Virus record (IMG/VR): IMGVR_UViG_3300020203_000008
Location: 64,001-128,000 of that record
Strand: one strand, 5' to 3'
DNA: 64,000 nucleotides
Origin: a virus
In this document: positions 37,357 through 46,360 of the stretch, piece after piece
Position numbering within the stretch: the stretch's first letter is position 1
How the letters are laid out: the number at the start of each line of letters is the position of its first letter
The notes under the pieces: generated by a model
Databases searched by the model: none
Told to the model about the DNA's origin: nothing
What the model saw: only the letters and a program-made list of their open reading frames with translations
Translations under genes and position numbers: made by a program

Positions 37357-38225
37357 GATTCTATCTGAGTGGTCCCATGCGTGGGATCAAGGAGCATAAT
37401 TTCCCGGCCTTCGATAAGGCCGCAGCTTCGCTAAGAAACTCAGGTCATGACATTCTAGATCCGGCTGCTTCCTTTCCTGGACAGCCAAACCCTGGACGTG
37501 CGGCATGTATGCGTCATGACATAATGCTAATTCTGGGAGTAGACGGAATCATCGTCCTCCCGGAGTGGCAGGCAAGTCCGGGAGCCAGGATGGAAGTAGC
37601 TGAGGCATGGGCCATCGACATCCCTGTTTACTCGTACCAGACGTGGCTTAATACCGGCAACTTTGTGGAAATCCCCCAATGTGTGGTGACTATCCCACGG
37701 GAAGATCAGTATTACCGCAAACTGTCGTTGGTCGGGCTCTCTGGGTTTGCTGAGGCAGGAAAAGATGAGGTAGCCCAGATCCTCCGGAAGTATGGCTGGA
37801 CCCGAGTTGCGTTTGCTGACCCCCTTAAAAAGGTTGCCACGGATATGGGTTGGTCAGGTAAGAAAGATGACACAGGACGACGACTCCTCCAAAGATTAGG
37901 GATCGCAGCCAGGGAGTACCTGGATCCTGATGTCTGGGTGGTGGCTGGAGAAAGACTGATTGAGTCTGCCCGAGGCCCGGTAGTGATCACCGATGTTCGT
38001 TTCCCAAACGAGTTGTTCATGGTTCGCCGTCGTGGGGGAATCATGATTAGGATAACCAGGCCAGGGAAAAGTGCAGTCAATGAACACGTCTCTGAGCGTG
38101 CTGTAACCCATGAGGACTGCGACTACTCCATCATAAATGATGGTTCACTTGAGGATCTTGAACGGAAAGTCATTCACCTCTTCGAGCGAAGAGGTCTGCC
38201 TATTTTGGAAGAGGTAAGCGTATGA
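37353..38225 (+). CDS. DUF4406 (deoxyribosyltransferase-like) - dNMP kinase fusion
   Basis: N-half YLSGPMRG..NFPAF...W..SPGARME; C-half GLSGFAEAGKD, FADPLK, RRLLQRLG, DVRFPNE, HVSE, NDGS. Confidence 0.8.
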   Translation: MRFYLSGPMRGIKEHNFPAFDKAAASLRNSGHDILDPAASFPGQPNPGRAACMRHDIMLILGVDGIIVLPEWQASPGARMEVAEAWAIDIPVYSYQTWLNTGNFVEIPQCVVTIPREDQYYRKLSLVGLSGFAEAGKDEVAQILRKYGWTRVAFADPLKKVATDMGWSGKKDDTGRRLLQRLGIAAREYLDPDVWVVAGERLIESARGPVVITDVRFPNELFMVRRRGGIMIRITRPGKSAVNEHVSERAVTHEDCDYSIINDGSLEDLERKVIHLFERRGLPILEEVSV

Positions 38226-38255
38226 CGAGAAAGGTGATTTAGAAAGCTATGGGTT

Positions 38256-38744
38256 ATGAGTAAGCGAAGATGCACAGCTTGTAGGGACTATTTTGACAGA
38301 GATCGGATGTACCGTCAGGGCGTCTCGGGAGTTTGTTCCCCGGAATGCCTAAGGGCTCTACAGGATAAAGCGAGAGCCAAACGCAAGCGTCGGCAGCTTC
38401 ACAAGGAGCGCCGTGTACGCTACGGTCGTCGTCTACCAGGAGCTACAAGGGACCGTGTAAGGAAGCGTGACGGAAACATCTGTAGGGTCTGCCAGAAGAA
38501 CACGAATGCCATGCAAATCCATCATATTGTTTATCGCAGCCAAGGTGGTTCTGATGCTGTCCATAATCTAATCACGCTTTGCGCTGTGCATCATGCCTTG
38601 ATGCACTCATCAAAGGTGAAGTGGCAGCCGGTCTGTCTAGCTGTAATTTGGATATGCTATGTCGAGAACAGGTATGTGACTGTTCCTGAGGCTCTAAAAA
38701 TATGCCATAAATTAGGATTAGTTGAGCGAGAAGCTCGGGCTTAA
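38256..38744 (+). CDS. HNH endonuclease
   Basis: RDGNICRVC, IHHIVYRSQGG and NLITLCAVHH. Confidence 0.85.
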   Translation: MSKRRCTACRDYFDRDRMYRQGVSGVCSPECLRALQDKARAKRKRRQLHKERRVRYGRRLPGATRDRVRKRDGNICRVCQKNTNAMQIHHIVYRSQGGSDAVHNLITLCAVHHALMHSSKVKWQPVCLAVIWICYVENRYVTVPEALKICHKLGLVEREARA

Positions 38745-38824
38745 TCGGAAACCTTTTCCCCGGCCGTTTCCGCACGGAAAAATTCCGTGGGTGCGACTAC
38801 CAAAAATTTTTTGGGGTTTCGGAT
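38744..38824. other. palindrome cluster at convergence of + and - arms
   Basis: CACGGAA-AAA-TTCCGTG (38773-38789) and CCAAAAA-T-TTTTTGG (38800-38814), inside an imperfect ATCGGAAACC/GGTTTCGGAT. Confidence 0.45.
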
Positions 38825-38885
38825 ACGTTCAGGTTTTACGTGTCTTCGATGTCGGCCTTGATGACGATGACACCTGGTGGGCTGG

Positions 38886-39110
38886 TTATCGGTGCCACCC
38901 GTCGTTGTCGATCTGGTCGGGCTGGTGGATCAGAACGTCGCATCCCCGCAACGCCTCTTCCCGTTTCGTGAGTCCTTCGCATGGCCCCTTGTCAGTGACC
39001 ATCCCCCATGCACCCCATGCCACTAGGGCGATAATGGCGATCCACGTCAGGAGTCGCCGAACGGTGATGGGCTGGTCCATCATTTTTTCTTTCCCGGTTT
39101 GAAACCCCAT
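38886..39110 (-). CDS. small membrane protein
   Basis: One TM segment; high GC3. Confidence 0.5.
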   Translation of the reverse strand: MGFQTGKEKMMDQPITVRRLLTWIAIIALVAWGAWGMVTDKGPCEGLTKREEALRGCDVLIHQPDQIDNDGWHR

Positions 39111-39213
39111 TCATGAGCGGAGGTTCTGTGTTTACGGCGACGTTCGAACTGAATACCTGTTGCTGTTCCGCATCCGAAGAGTACGATTCCTGAAACAACA
39201 AACTCTAGTAGAC

Positions 39214-39474
39214 TCAATCGTTAGTTCCTATTTCGATACCCCATTCAGGAGGATTTGGCAAGGTTGGGTACGGTTCTGACCACCACCAACCATCCCAATC
39301 TGCTGCTATAGCAGTGTCAGTGTGAACGTATTGATCTACTGCCGGATAACCGCATCGATCTGAGGTTGGGTAGCGACCTTCAAGGTCTGGGCATTCTTTC
39401 TGCCAGTGACCTCGGGCAAAGTGCTGCCACTCAGCAGAAATTACAATTGCTTGAGCGATCGTGTCATTGTTCAC
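39214..39474 (-). CDS. hypothetical Trp-rich protein
   Basis: 86-aa ORF on the arm strand with GGAG RBS. Confidence 0.55.
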   Translation of the reverse strand: MNNDTIAQAIVISAEWQHFARGHWQKECPDLEGRYPTSDRCGYPAVDQYVHTDTAIAADWDGWWWSEPYPTLPNPPEWGIEIGTND

Positions 39475-39519
39475 TACGGTCTCCGCTCGAACTCGTAAGA
39501 GGATGCCACCATGGGCATA

Positions 39520-39795
39520 TCAGAACTTCAGGTAGATGACTTCAATACCGAGGGCGTCCAACAGCAACGCCCTGGCGATGGTGTCGAGGTCGTTGTTCAA
39601 CGTAGCTTGGGCGTCGAGCACTTCCTCAATCTCGGTCTGCACACGGGTCAGGTGCTCGGATTCGATTACCACCTTGTCCCGAGTGATTGCCACCTTGTCC
39701 CGAGCCTTGCCAAGAGCAGCATATAGACGCGTCTGTTCCGTCTTTAGCAGCTTGGCCTGCTCCACAATCTCGTTCTGCTTGGCTGTAAGCGCCAT
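39520..39795 (-). CDS. coiled-coil protein
   Basis: Heptad pattern; includes a 21-bp tandem duplication at 39664-39705. Confidence 0.6.
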   Translation of the reverse strand: MALTAKQNEIVEQAKLLKTEQTRLYAALGKARDKVAITRDKVVIESEHLTRVQTEIEEVLDAQATLNNDLDTIARALLLDALGIEVIYLKF

Positions 39796-40010
39796 TATCG
39801 CTTCTCCAATTTGACGGTAAAATCCGTTCTTCGCTTTCGTTCTGTGACTTCGTGGCGATCCACCAGGATTTTACGTGGAGCGCGAATACAAATTCTGGCT
39901 TGACCTTCGCTGATCTCTGCTACTTCAACTTCGATGATCCCGCCAGCGATGTCGATGATCTGACCTACTCTGCGAGTGAGGACGAGCGTCGTGATGTCGT
40001 CTTCGGTCAT
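39795..40010 (-). CDS. csrA: carbon storage regulator CsrA-like RNA-binding protein
   Basis: LVLTRRVGQIIDI..IEVEV......ARICIRAPRKILVDRHEV matches the CsrA signature. Confidence 0.85.
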   Translation of the reverse strand: MTEDDITTLVLTRRVGQIIDIAGGIIEVEVAEISEGQARICIRAPRKILVDRHEVTERKRRTDFTVKLEKR

Positions 40011-40375
40011 TAAGGCGTCAACCTAACCCTAGAGGGACGCTTACGCTTCAGGCTCGGATCTTGATACTCAACCTCGATCCGACCATGCCTTGCAAGACCA
40101 CGAACACCAATCGCAACCAACATACGTTGGCCGGTCTGGATCGTCGTGTTCTTGTCGCCGTAGTGACGGTCCTGTTGAGGACGACCCTGACGGTCATAAT
40201 GCTGTTGGCGATTCTTCTCGGCCTTGCGCCAAGCAACCCCAGGAGGAACGAGCGGCATGCATTCACTCACGATCTCATCGAAGTTGTGCCACTCACCATC
40301 CTGAAGGATATCCAGGACCTTCAAGGTCCAAGGGTTAGCTGTTTTCCTAACAGCAGTTTTCTTCTCATTGCTCAT
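40010..40375 (-). CDS. winged-helix-like DNA-binding protein
   Basis: VLDILQDGEWHNFDEI...LARHGRIE; basic. Confidence 0.5.
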   Translation of the reverse strand: MSNEKKTAVRKTANPWTLKVLDILQDGEWHNFDEIVSECMPLVPPGVAWRKAEKNRQQHYDRQGRPQQDRHYGDKNTTIQTGQRMLVAIGVRGLARHGRIEVEYQDPSLKRKRPSRVRLTP

Positions 40376-40397
40376 CCGTAAACCTACTTTCTAGATC

Positions 40398-40444
40398 AAA
40401 AAAAGAGAGGGAGGGAAGCCCCACCACAGCGACTTCCCTCCCTC
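40398..40444 (-). terminator. intrinsic terminator
   Basis: 12-bp stem GAGGGAGGGAAG/CTTCCCTCCCTC followed on the minus strand by TC and T7. Confidence 0.75.
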
Positions 40445-40465
40445 ATTTCCCATGTCCAGGGAAAA

Positions 40466-41464
40466 CTAGTCAGCCAATGCCAGTTCAGCTTCGGTCAAAG
40501 TCTGCTTGGCCTGCTTCACCTTAGCGAGAAGCTCTTCGCGCTCTTCAGCGTCCAACCCGTTTAGCGCATCCTTGATCTTCGCTTTCAGGATGTAGCCGAT
40601 GTGAGCAGAGAACAAAGTGCGGGGGCTTGCTCCAGGGTGGGTCTTCTTGCCCTTACCCTGAGCGGCAAGCTTCGCTACTTTCTGGGCACGCTTCTCTTCC
40701 AGAGCCTTACGGTGAGCCTTCTCGGACTGACTCAGATGCTTCTTCAGGAAGCCCAACTGCTCCGCCTCGGAGGAAAAGGTGATGGTGTCGTTGATCAGAT
40801 CCTTCATCTGTGCGACCGTGAAGTTAAACTTCGATGCAAGCTGCACAGCCTGAGCGAATACCGAATCCAGGGTAAGACGACGGTGGAGCATGACCCGACC
40901 AGTGCGCTGTTCGATCCGGGACCACGAGGGGAGTACCCCATGCTTACGGGCACGCTCATGACCGCGGTAATCCTGAAGAGCCTCACTGACCCGCTTCTCC
41001 GGGAGACGCAGGAACTGTGCGACCTGAGAGACCGTCCAGTTCTGCGAAAGGAGATTCACCGCGTGGTGATCCCGGTCTTCTTCGGTGGGCGAGAAGCCCG
41101 TCATCACGTTGTTGAACTCGTAGGTAAGAGCGTTACGTAGTTCAGGAGTGGGGACGATGCAGATGTATGCGTCGATCTGCTTGCGTCCTGCCTTTTCTGA
41201 TGCAGCCCAACGGTGGTTACCGTCCATGGTAACGAAGGAGTCAGGGCCGGTTTTGTCGAGGAACACTACGATGGCGGGAAATTCATCCCCATTGATTAGG
41301 CATTCCTTGTACTGCATGACCTTGTCGTGGCTCAGGGGAGCAGAGACTCGTGCCTGATTGGCCAGGCTCTTAGCCCGGTTGATCTGGGAGAGTGCGACGG
41401 AGCCGTACTCCCAGTCGATCTCAGGATGGTCTCCAAGAAGTCGTTCGATGGTGGCGCTTTTCAT
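40466..41464 (-). CDS. ParB/Srx-like N-terminal domain protein with HTH
   Basis: FPAIVV...DGNHRWAA; TVSQVAQFLRLPEKRVSE HTH. Confidence 0.75.
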   Translation of the reverse strand: MKSATIERLLGDHPEIDWEYGSVALSQINRAKSLANQARVSAPLSHDKVMQYKECLINGDEFPAIVVFLDKTGPDSFVTMDGNHRWAASEKAGRKQIDAYICIVPTPELRNALTYEFNNVMTGFSPTEEDRDHHAVNLLSQNWTVSQVAQFLRLPEKRVSEALQDYRGHERARKHGVLPSWSRIEQRTGRVMLHRRLTLDSVFAQAVQLASKFNFTVAQMKDLINDTITFSSEAEQLGFLKKHLSQSEKAHRKALEEKRAQKVAKLAAQGKGKKTHPGASPRTLFSAHIGYILKAKIKDALNGLDAEEREELLAKVKQAKQTLTEAELALAD

Positions 41465-41494
41465 TGGTCAACTTTCGTTCGGTGAATGGTGAGT

Positions 41495-41524
41495 AACATA
41501 CTATCGGGATGGCGGGACAGTCAA
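41495..41524 (-). promoter_or_regulatory. SigA-type promoter TTGACT-N18-TATGTT
   Basis: Upstream of the ParB-like gene; contains TGTCCCGCCATCC. Confidence 0.55.
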
Positions 41525-41988
41525 GCAAGATTTTTGGCAATCTCAACGAGCCCATCCTTGGCCTCTTGGATGGCAGCAGCCGACAGGTGGGACTTGCTGA
41601 TCTCAACGTTGGCTCCAATGGCAGCAAACCGTTCTACAATTTCCAAAGCAGACTTCTCTGAGATGGCCCGGTTCAGTAGCTGTGGCGCAGGGTCAAGACC
41701 ACCTGTCCGTTCAACAAGAGTTTTTGCTTCCTTCAAACCCAGGGAAGTGACCTGCCGTACTTCCTTGATGCAGGCGATTATTTTCTGGCCCCGATCGGTC
41801 AAGTAAACATCGTAAGGGCTTTCAAGGTCGTCCATGATGGTTGGCGTGACTCCGCTAGCCTTTTCAAGTGCGCTTACGAGATCGTTTCCTGTGAGGACAA
41901 GAAGAGTAATTATTTCTATGCCCGCAACTAGCCCCCCTTTGCTTTCTCTTTTTGCTTTCTCCCAGGCTTCAACTTCTGGAATCATCAT
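41521..41988 (-). CDS. ribosomal protein bL12 (L7/L12) C-terminal-domain protein
   Basis: YDVYL...KIIACIKEVRQVTSLGLKEAKTLVE...ISEKSA..I.E.F..IGANVEI. Confidence 0.85.
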   Translation of the reverse strand: MMIPEVEAWEKAKRESKGGLVAGIEIITLLVLTGNDLVSALEKASGVTPTIMDDLESPYDVYLTDRGQKIIACIKEVRQVTSLGLKEAKTLVERTGGLDPAPQLLNRAISEKSALEIVERFAAIGANVEISKSHLSAAAIQEAKDGLVEIAKNLA

Positions 41989-42099
41989 CTCCTCCGTGCA
42001 GCCATCTCGATGAAAGAGAGAACTACTACTAGACGATGAACAATCCGTTCACGCACCGGAGGACGAGTGCGCGCCCTAGCAAGAAGAACTTCAATTTCT

Positions 42100-42606
42100 T
42101 TAACTGTTGGATCCGACGACGGACCAGAGTTCTTCGTCCGCTTCGGTTGGGTCATACTCATTCGTTACGATCTCCTGATGTCTTCGTATGGCATCCTTCA
42201 GTCGTACATTCTCTGCGATAACGGAGTTACGTTCTTCCCTTATCATGTCCGGATAGACTGAACCAAACAGACTGCTCCTCGCATCCTTGGCCTGTCGCAG
42301 CCTCTCATCTACTCCGTTGCGGAACCTAAGAGCGCCAGCCTTCCACTTATGGAACTCAGAGCGTTCCTTGGTGAACGCAGAGTCACTCATTTCACCGTGG
42401 TTCTTGGTTAAATCTGATTTCTTTGCGGCGATCTGGCTCTCTACGTTGGACTTCATGTGACTCAAGGTGCTGTAGAGTCTTGGACTCAGTTCGGGTTTAC
42501 GTAGGAGTGAGGCTGTTTCGGTGTCCAATTGACCGCGTACCTCACGATCTACGATCTTATGGAATTCGTCTAAAGGTAGGTTGAGTAGGTAGTCAACGGT
42601 AGGCAT
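42100..42606 (-). CDS. hypothetical protein
   Basis: 168-aa helical ORF; RBS AAGGA. Confidence 0.65.
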   Translation of the reverse strand: MPTVDYLLNLPLDEFHKIVDREVRGQLDTETASLLRKPELSPRLYSTLSHMKSNVESQIAAKKSDLTKNHGEMSDSAFTKERSEFHKWKAGALRFRNGVDERLRQAKDARSSLFGSVYPDMIREERNSVIAENVRLKDAIRRHQEIVTNEYDPTEADEELWSVVGSNS

Positions 42607-42614
42607 TCTTATCC

Positions 42615-43520
42615 TTATTTACGTTCGGCTTTGAGCTTGTTTAGCCCAGCTTGGGTGATCGATCGACCGCTTTCAGTGTACTCGATCAGATCGAACTTAA
42701 ACAGGAGCCTCTCTAGGTCCCTGACGGTCGGGTCGGGGATCTGGAGAACACTCTGAATGGGCTTCAGTCCTGCGGTGCTGCCAAGCTTTACGAGTGCTCG
42801 CAGATACTTGTAGTGCATGGCCGAGAGCCCGATCTCGTCTACCCGGCAAAGGATCATCACTTCTTCTGCGATTGGGATTCGGTTCAGACTGTGCTGAAGA
42901 TCTCTGGCTGCAAGAACAAACTGACGTGCGTTCCTGGGGATTCCTCCCGTTGCCTTGCCAAGCTTCTGGGACACCTCGATCGAGAACTCTAGCTTAATCT
43001 TGATTGCCATGCCCGCAACGATCAGTCCCATCTCTTCGTTCGTGTACTCCTCGAACACGGGCTTTGTCGGGAAACGATCGAACAGCGGTGCGATCACCTT
43101 GTCGGGCTCGGTCGTAGCACCAATGACTGTGATTAGATTAGTGGAGTGCTTTCGTCCCCGCCGATCTTGGATGTATCCAGACTCCAGTAGGGGAAGGAGG
43201 CTCTCTTGTTCCTTCTTGGATCCCCGGTGGATCTCATCCAGAAGCAGGACGGTGGGTTCCCACTCGTTGTCTACTTCCTGGATCATGCTAATCATCGTTC
43301 GTTCATCCACCGGCATGGTCAGGCTGATGAATTCGTATCCAAGTTCCTTCGCAATGATTGTGGCGAGCGAAGTTTTACCAAACCCAGGCGGGCCGGTAAG
43401 TAGAATATGGTCGAGCATATGACCCTGCGCCACAGCAGAGGCAATATGGATACTCAGTCGATCCTTCAGCATGGTCTGACCAACAAAGTCTTTCCATGTG
43501 TCAACTCGAACCTGATCCAT
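42615..43520 (-). CDS. ruvB: RuvB-like Holliday junction branch-migration ATPase
   Basis: FVGQ, LDHILLTGPPGFGKT, DEIHR, IGATT, DRF, GIPRNA, VDEIGL and C-terminal wHTH (GRSITQAG). Confidence 0.88.
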   Translation of the reverse strand: MDQVRVDTWKDFVGQTMLKDRLSIHIASAVAQGHMLDHILLTGPPGFGKTSLATIIAKELGYEFISLTMPVDERTMISMIQEVDNEWEPTVLLLDEIHRGSKKEQESLLPLLESGYIQDRRGRKHSTNLITVIGATTEPDKVIAPLFDRFPTKPVFEEYTNEEMGLIVAGMAIKIKLEFSIEVSQKLGKATGGIPRNARQFVLAARDLQHSLNRIPIAEEVMILCRVDEIGLSAMHYKYLRALVKLGSTAGLKPIQSVLQIPDPTVRDLERLLFKFDLIEYTESGRSITQAGLNKLKAERK

Positions 43521-43630
43521 TACACCTCTCTTTCGTTAAGCGTAAGATTTGTATTCGTCGTGGAAGCTAGCTTGGATCTCGGTCGAGAGCATGGAATGAG
43601 TGCCATCGGTGGGTGATTCCATCTCCAAGT

Positions 43631-44056
43631 TTAAAACCCTGATTGATTGGCACTGACTCTCACCTTGTACCGGAAGAGACTGGACTGGATTTCCATGCCC
43701 ATAGTTGCGGAGATCCAAAGACCGCCCTCAATGGTCATGAGGACACTATAGGGTTCGTCATCCGCGTTCAGTACGGGAACCTGCATCGTGCTGTTAATGG
43801 CACTGACACGCTTCGTGTCGTCCACGAAAAGGACGCCATCATTCGTATCTTCCGGCATCCTTCCTGAATTGTCAGCTACAGCATATCGAAGCGTTGACTT
43901 CTCCCGAAAGATCTTATGTCCATCGGGGATCTGGTGTACGAACTCCCATCGTTGAGTGTTGATTGGTTCAGTTACCAGCAAGGGGATCTCCTGGAATCGT
44001 CGGGTCGAGAGGCGGAAAAGGGAACTCGGCGGCTTCCTGAGCGTCAAGCTCCTCAT
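43631..44056 (-). CDS. hypothetical protein (start uncertain)
   Basis: Fills the gap on the arm strand. Confidence 0.45.
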   Translation of the reverse strand: MRSLTLRKPPSSLFRLSTRRFQEIPLLVTEPINTQRWEFVHQIPDGHKIFREKSTLRYAVADNSGRMPEDTNDGVLFVDDTKRVSAINSTMQVPVLNADDEPYSVLMTIEGGLWISATMGMEIQSSLFRYKVRVSANQSGF

Positions 44057-44291
44057 CTGTCAGAGCTACGGCCGAATGGATTTCACTGAAGTTCACAAAA
44101 CTGTATTCACCTTCAGAATTAGCGTTTACCTTCACTGTTTCTGAAAGCTCAAGTGCTGAAGCACTCAGAACACCGGCATCCACTGCCTTGATGTATCCGA
44201 AGGCTGTTACCTGTGCATCGACGTTAGTGGGGGCTTCAACCTCCAAGACGATACGGGAAACGCGCTGGAACTCAACGTTAAACTTGCTCAT
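43968..44291 (-). CDS. hypothetical protein
   Basis: MSKFNVEFQRVSRIVLEVEA pattern common in small phage proteins. Confidence 0.55.
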   Translation of the reverse strand: MSKFNVEFQRVSRIVLEVEAPTNVDAQVTAFGYIKAVDAGVLSASALELSETVKVNANSEGEYSFVNFSEIHSAVALTDEELDAQEAAEFPFPPLDPTIPGDPLAGN

Positions 44292-44637
44292 CCCACTCCT
44301 TCATTTTCTTCTCAAGGGTTTTGATCTGTTCTTTAGCTCGCTTAACATAGTCGATTACGACATCACGACGGAAAGCATTCTTCTTGTCAGTGTAAAGCTC
44401 TTCGAGCCTACGACTCCAAGGGGAAAGCTCCAACATCAGGTTGCCGTGCGAACCGTACAAACGGAACACGTCCGCATGTTCGGTACGCATCACATCGACG
44501 ACGTTGGCATGGCAGCCTACACCAAATTCTCCGCCACGATGCATGTGTTGATTGATACCTTCAACAAAATCTTCGGGATGCTTCTTAAGCTGGTCCAAAC
44601 CATCATTGAGAATCAGAATGGCTGTGTTATATCCCAT
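44278..44637 (-). CDS. hypothetical protein
   Basis: GAGG RBS; overlaps neighbours. Confidence 0.6.
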   Translation of the reverse strand: MGYNTAILILNDGLDQLKKHPEDFVEGINQHMHRGGEFGVGCHANVVDVMRTEHADVFRLYGSHGNLMLELSPWSRRLEELYTDKKNAFRRDVVIDYVKRAKEQIKTLEKKMKEWDEQV

Positions 44638-45241
44638 CTTTTGCCTCCTCTATTTCTAAAAGACCACGAGCCCTGTTAAGGCGAACAGTGAGACGCTCCA
44701 ACACGTCACGTTTACGATTGACTTCTGTGAGGTCTGGACCTGATTCTGTATAGTCTGGATCTATATTTGCGTTACTCACCAAGATCCAATGGATTGCATC
44801 ATCCAAAACTTCAAGGTCATCGACATAAAGTTTCATTCTGGTGCTCGGTTTGATCTTAGGCTTCGGTAGTGCAGGGTAAAGCTTCTCAGCTACAACACAG
44901 TCAATGCATGCACACTGACGCTTACCATTGAAGCTGATGCTCTGGCACCAACCCTTCTTCTTGAAATGCATATTGTCATGTGGGACACCGTAGAACCCTA
45001 CGCACCAATCACACCAATGTTCCCTGATAGGAGGAGCCTTGTCGCCGCGCTCCTTCCAATAGTGGAGAGGGAAGCCACGACTCTTCATCTTCTGACGACG
45101 CTTACGCTCCTTGGCAATAGCGACATCAAGCTGGTGCTCACTCAAAGGAAGCCCACCCTGCTCCGTCGCGGGCCGACTGGCGATCTTTTGCTTGCTGGGC
45201 TTTGGTCTTGCGATATCTAACGGGCTTCTTGATATCGGCAT
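44627..45241 (-). CDS. hypothetical Zn-binding protein
   Basis: CDWC..GVPH and CACIDC motifs. Confidence 0.55.
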   Translation of the reverse strand: MPISRSPLDIARPKPSKQKIASRPATEQGGLPLSEHQLDVAIAKERKRRQKMKSRGFPLHYWKERGDKAPPIREHWCDWCVGFYGVPHDNMHFKKKGWCQSISFNGKRQCACIDCVVAEKLYPALPKPKIKPSTRMKLYVDDLEVLDDAIHWILVSNANIDPDYTESGPDLTEVNRKRDVLERLTVRLNRARGLLEIEEAKDGI

Positions 45242-45277
45242 CTTTCACTGCCTTTTTCTTAGGCTTCGGTTTAGTCA

Positions 45278-45982
45278 TCAGAAACAGATACTTCCAAGTT
45301 GTAAAGAATTCTCTTGGTCAACGAACCTCATAAAGACCTCAAAATAGTTGTCTCCATCATGAGGCCAAAGAGGGTGTTGAAAGCACATACGAGGACGCTC
45401 TTCCCGAGGAAGACCTGCCCAACCCTCACATGCCCAATCATAACGATCTATGTTGGAGGCTTCTTCCATGGTCAACACACGGCGTCCATGTTCTCGGGCA
45501 GCCAACTCTTCAAATGCCTCATGGACACCTAGTTCCACCATGGCAACAATAATTGTCTGATTAGGAGTTAGGGAACCATGCTTTGAGGAATGGTAGTGAA
45601 ACTCAACTTGCCATCCAACTTGGGTCAAACCCACACTACGGGGTTGAACTGTATCTCGTCTAGAGACTTCTACGGATGGTCCGCAACTCCAGGTTGATTT
45701 GTAGTCCTGTTTGTAGACTGGACCTTTGTGGATACCTACTCTTTTACAGAGTAAGGCAGTTTCATATCGTTCTTCTACAACAGCGTAGCCGTTAAATTCC
45801 TTAGCTCGGATAGGGTCACCCATCAGGCTAATCCTATTGCCACCGTTAATCTCAATTCCGATGGATCGGATCTGCTTGATGCCCTTGGCACCGAAAAGCT
45901 GCTTGACGGGATCAACGCAACGTCGTGCAATGAAGTTACGTTGCGTGGGCTTCAGAGCCTTGGGAATCTTAATCTTAGGCAT
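45278..45982 (-). CDS. hypothetical protein
   Basis: 234 aa; AAGGAG RBS. Confidence 0.65.
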   Translation of the reverse strand: MPKIKIPKALKPTQRNFIARRCVDPVKQLFGAKGIKQIRSIGIEINGGNRISLMGDPIRAKEFNGYAVVEERYETALLCKRVGIHKGPVYKQDYKSTWSCGPSVEVSRRDTVQPRSVGLTQVGWQVEFHYHSSKHGSLTPNQTIIVAMVELGVHEAFEELAAREHGRRVLTMEEASNIDRYDWACEGWAGLPREERPRMCFQHPLWPHDGDNYFEVFMRFVDQENSLQLGSICF

Positions 45983-46030
45983 CGTTCTCCTTAGCGGGTA
46001 GGGTCCCTCATCGGTTCGGCTCCTTGGTTG

Positions 46031-46360
46031 TCATCTCGTTCCCCTCGGGCCAGCGGAAGGACGTTCCATCCATGCCTGGGTGTCGTCGTCGGAGGGACTG
46101 GTAGCAGCCAGGGCCGCGCGAGCGGGGTCTCGAATGAGGAGCGCCAGACGAATAATCTCGTGGACGCTCGGCGGCTCATCTACGACGGTGAGGCGTTCGG
46201 CCCACATCCGCATGCCGTGAGCACGAATCGCCGCCGTTTCGAGTGCGTCTCGGAGACGGTCGCGTTCAGCTTCCGCTGACTCAGCGCGCTCACGCAACGG
46301 CCGTTCCCACTCCTCGCGAACCTTCGCCATCATCACCTCGGTCGGATTGAAGTCGCTCAT
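46031..46360 (-). CDS. hypothetical protein (GC-rich islet)
   Basis: Coiled coil AEAERDRLRDAL...ARAALAA; high GC. Confidence 0.55.
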   Translation of the reverse strand: MSDFNPTEVMMAKVREEWERPLRERAESAEAERDRLRDALETAAIRAHGMRMWAERLTVVDEPPSVHEIIRLALLIRDPARAALAATSPSDDDTQAWMERPSAGPRGTR

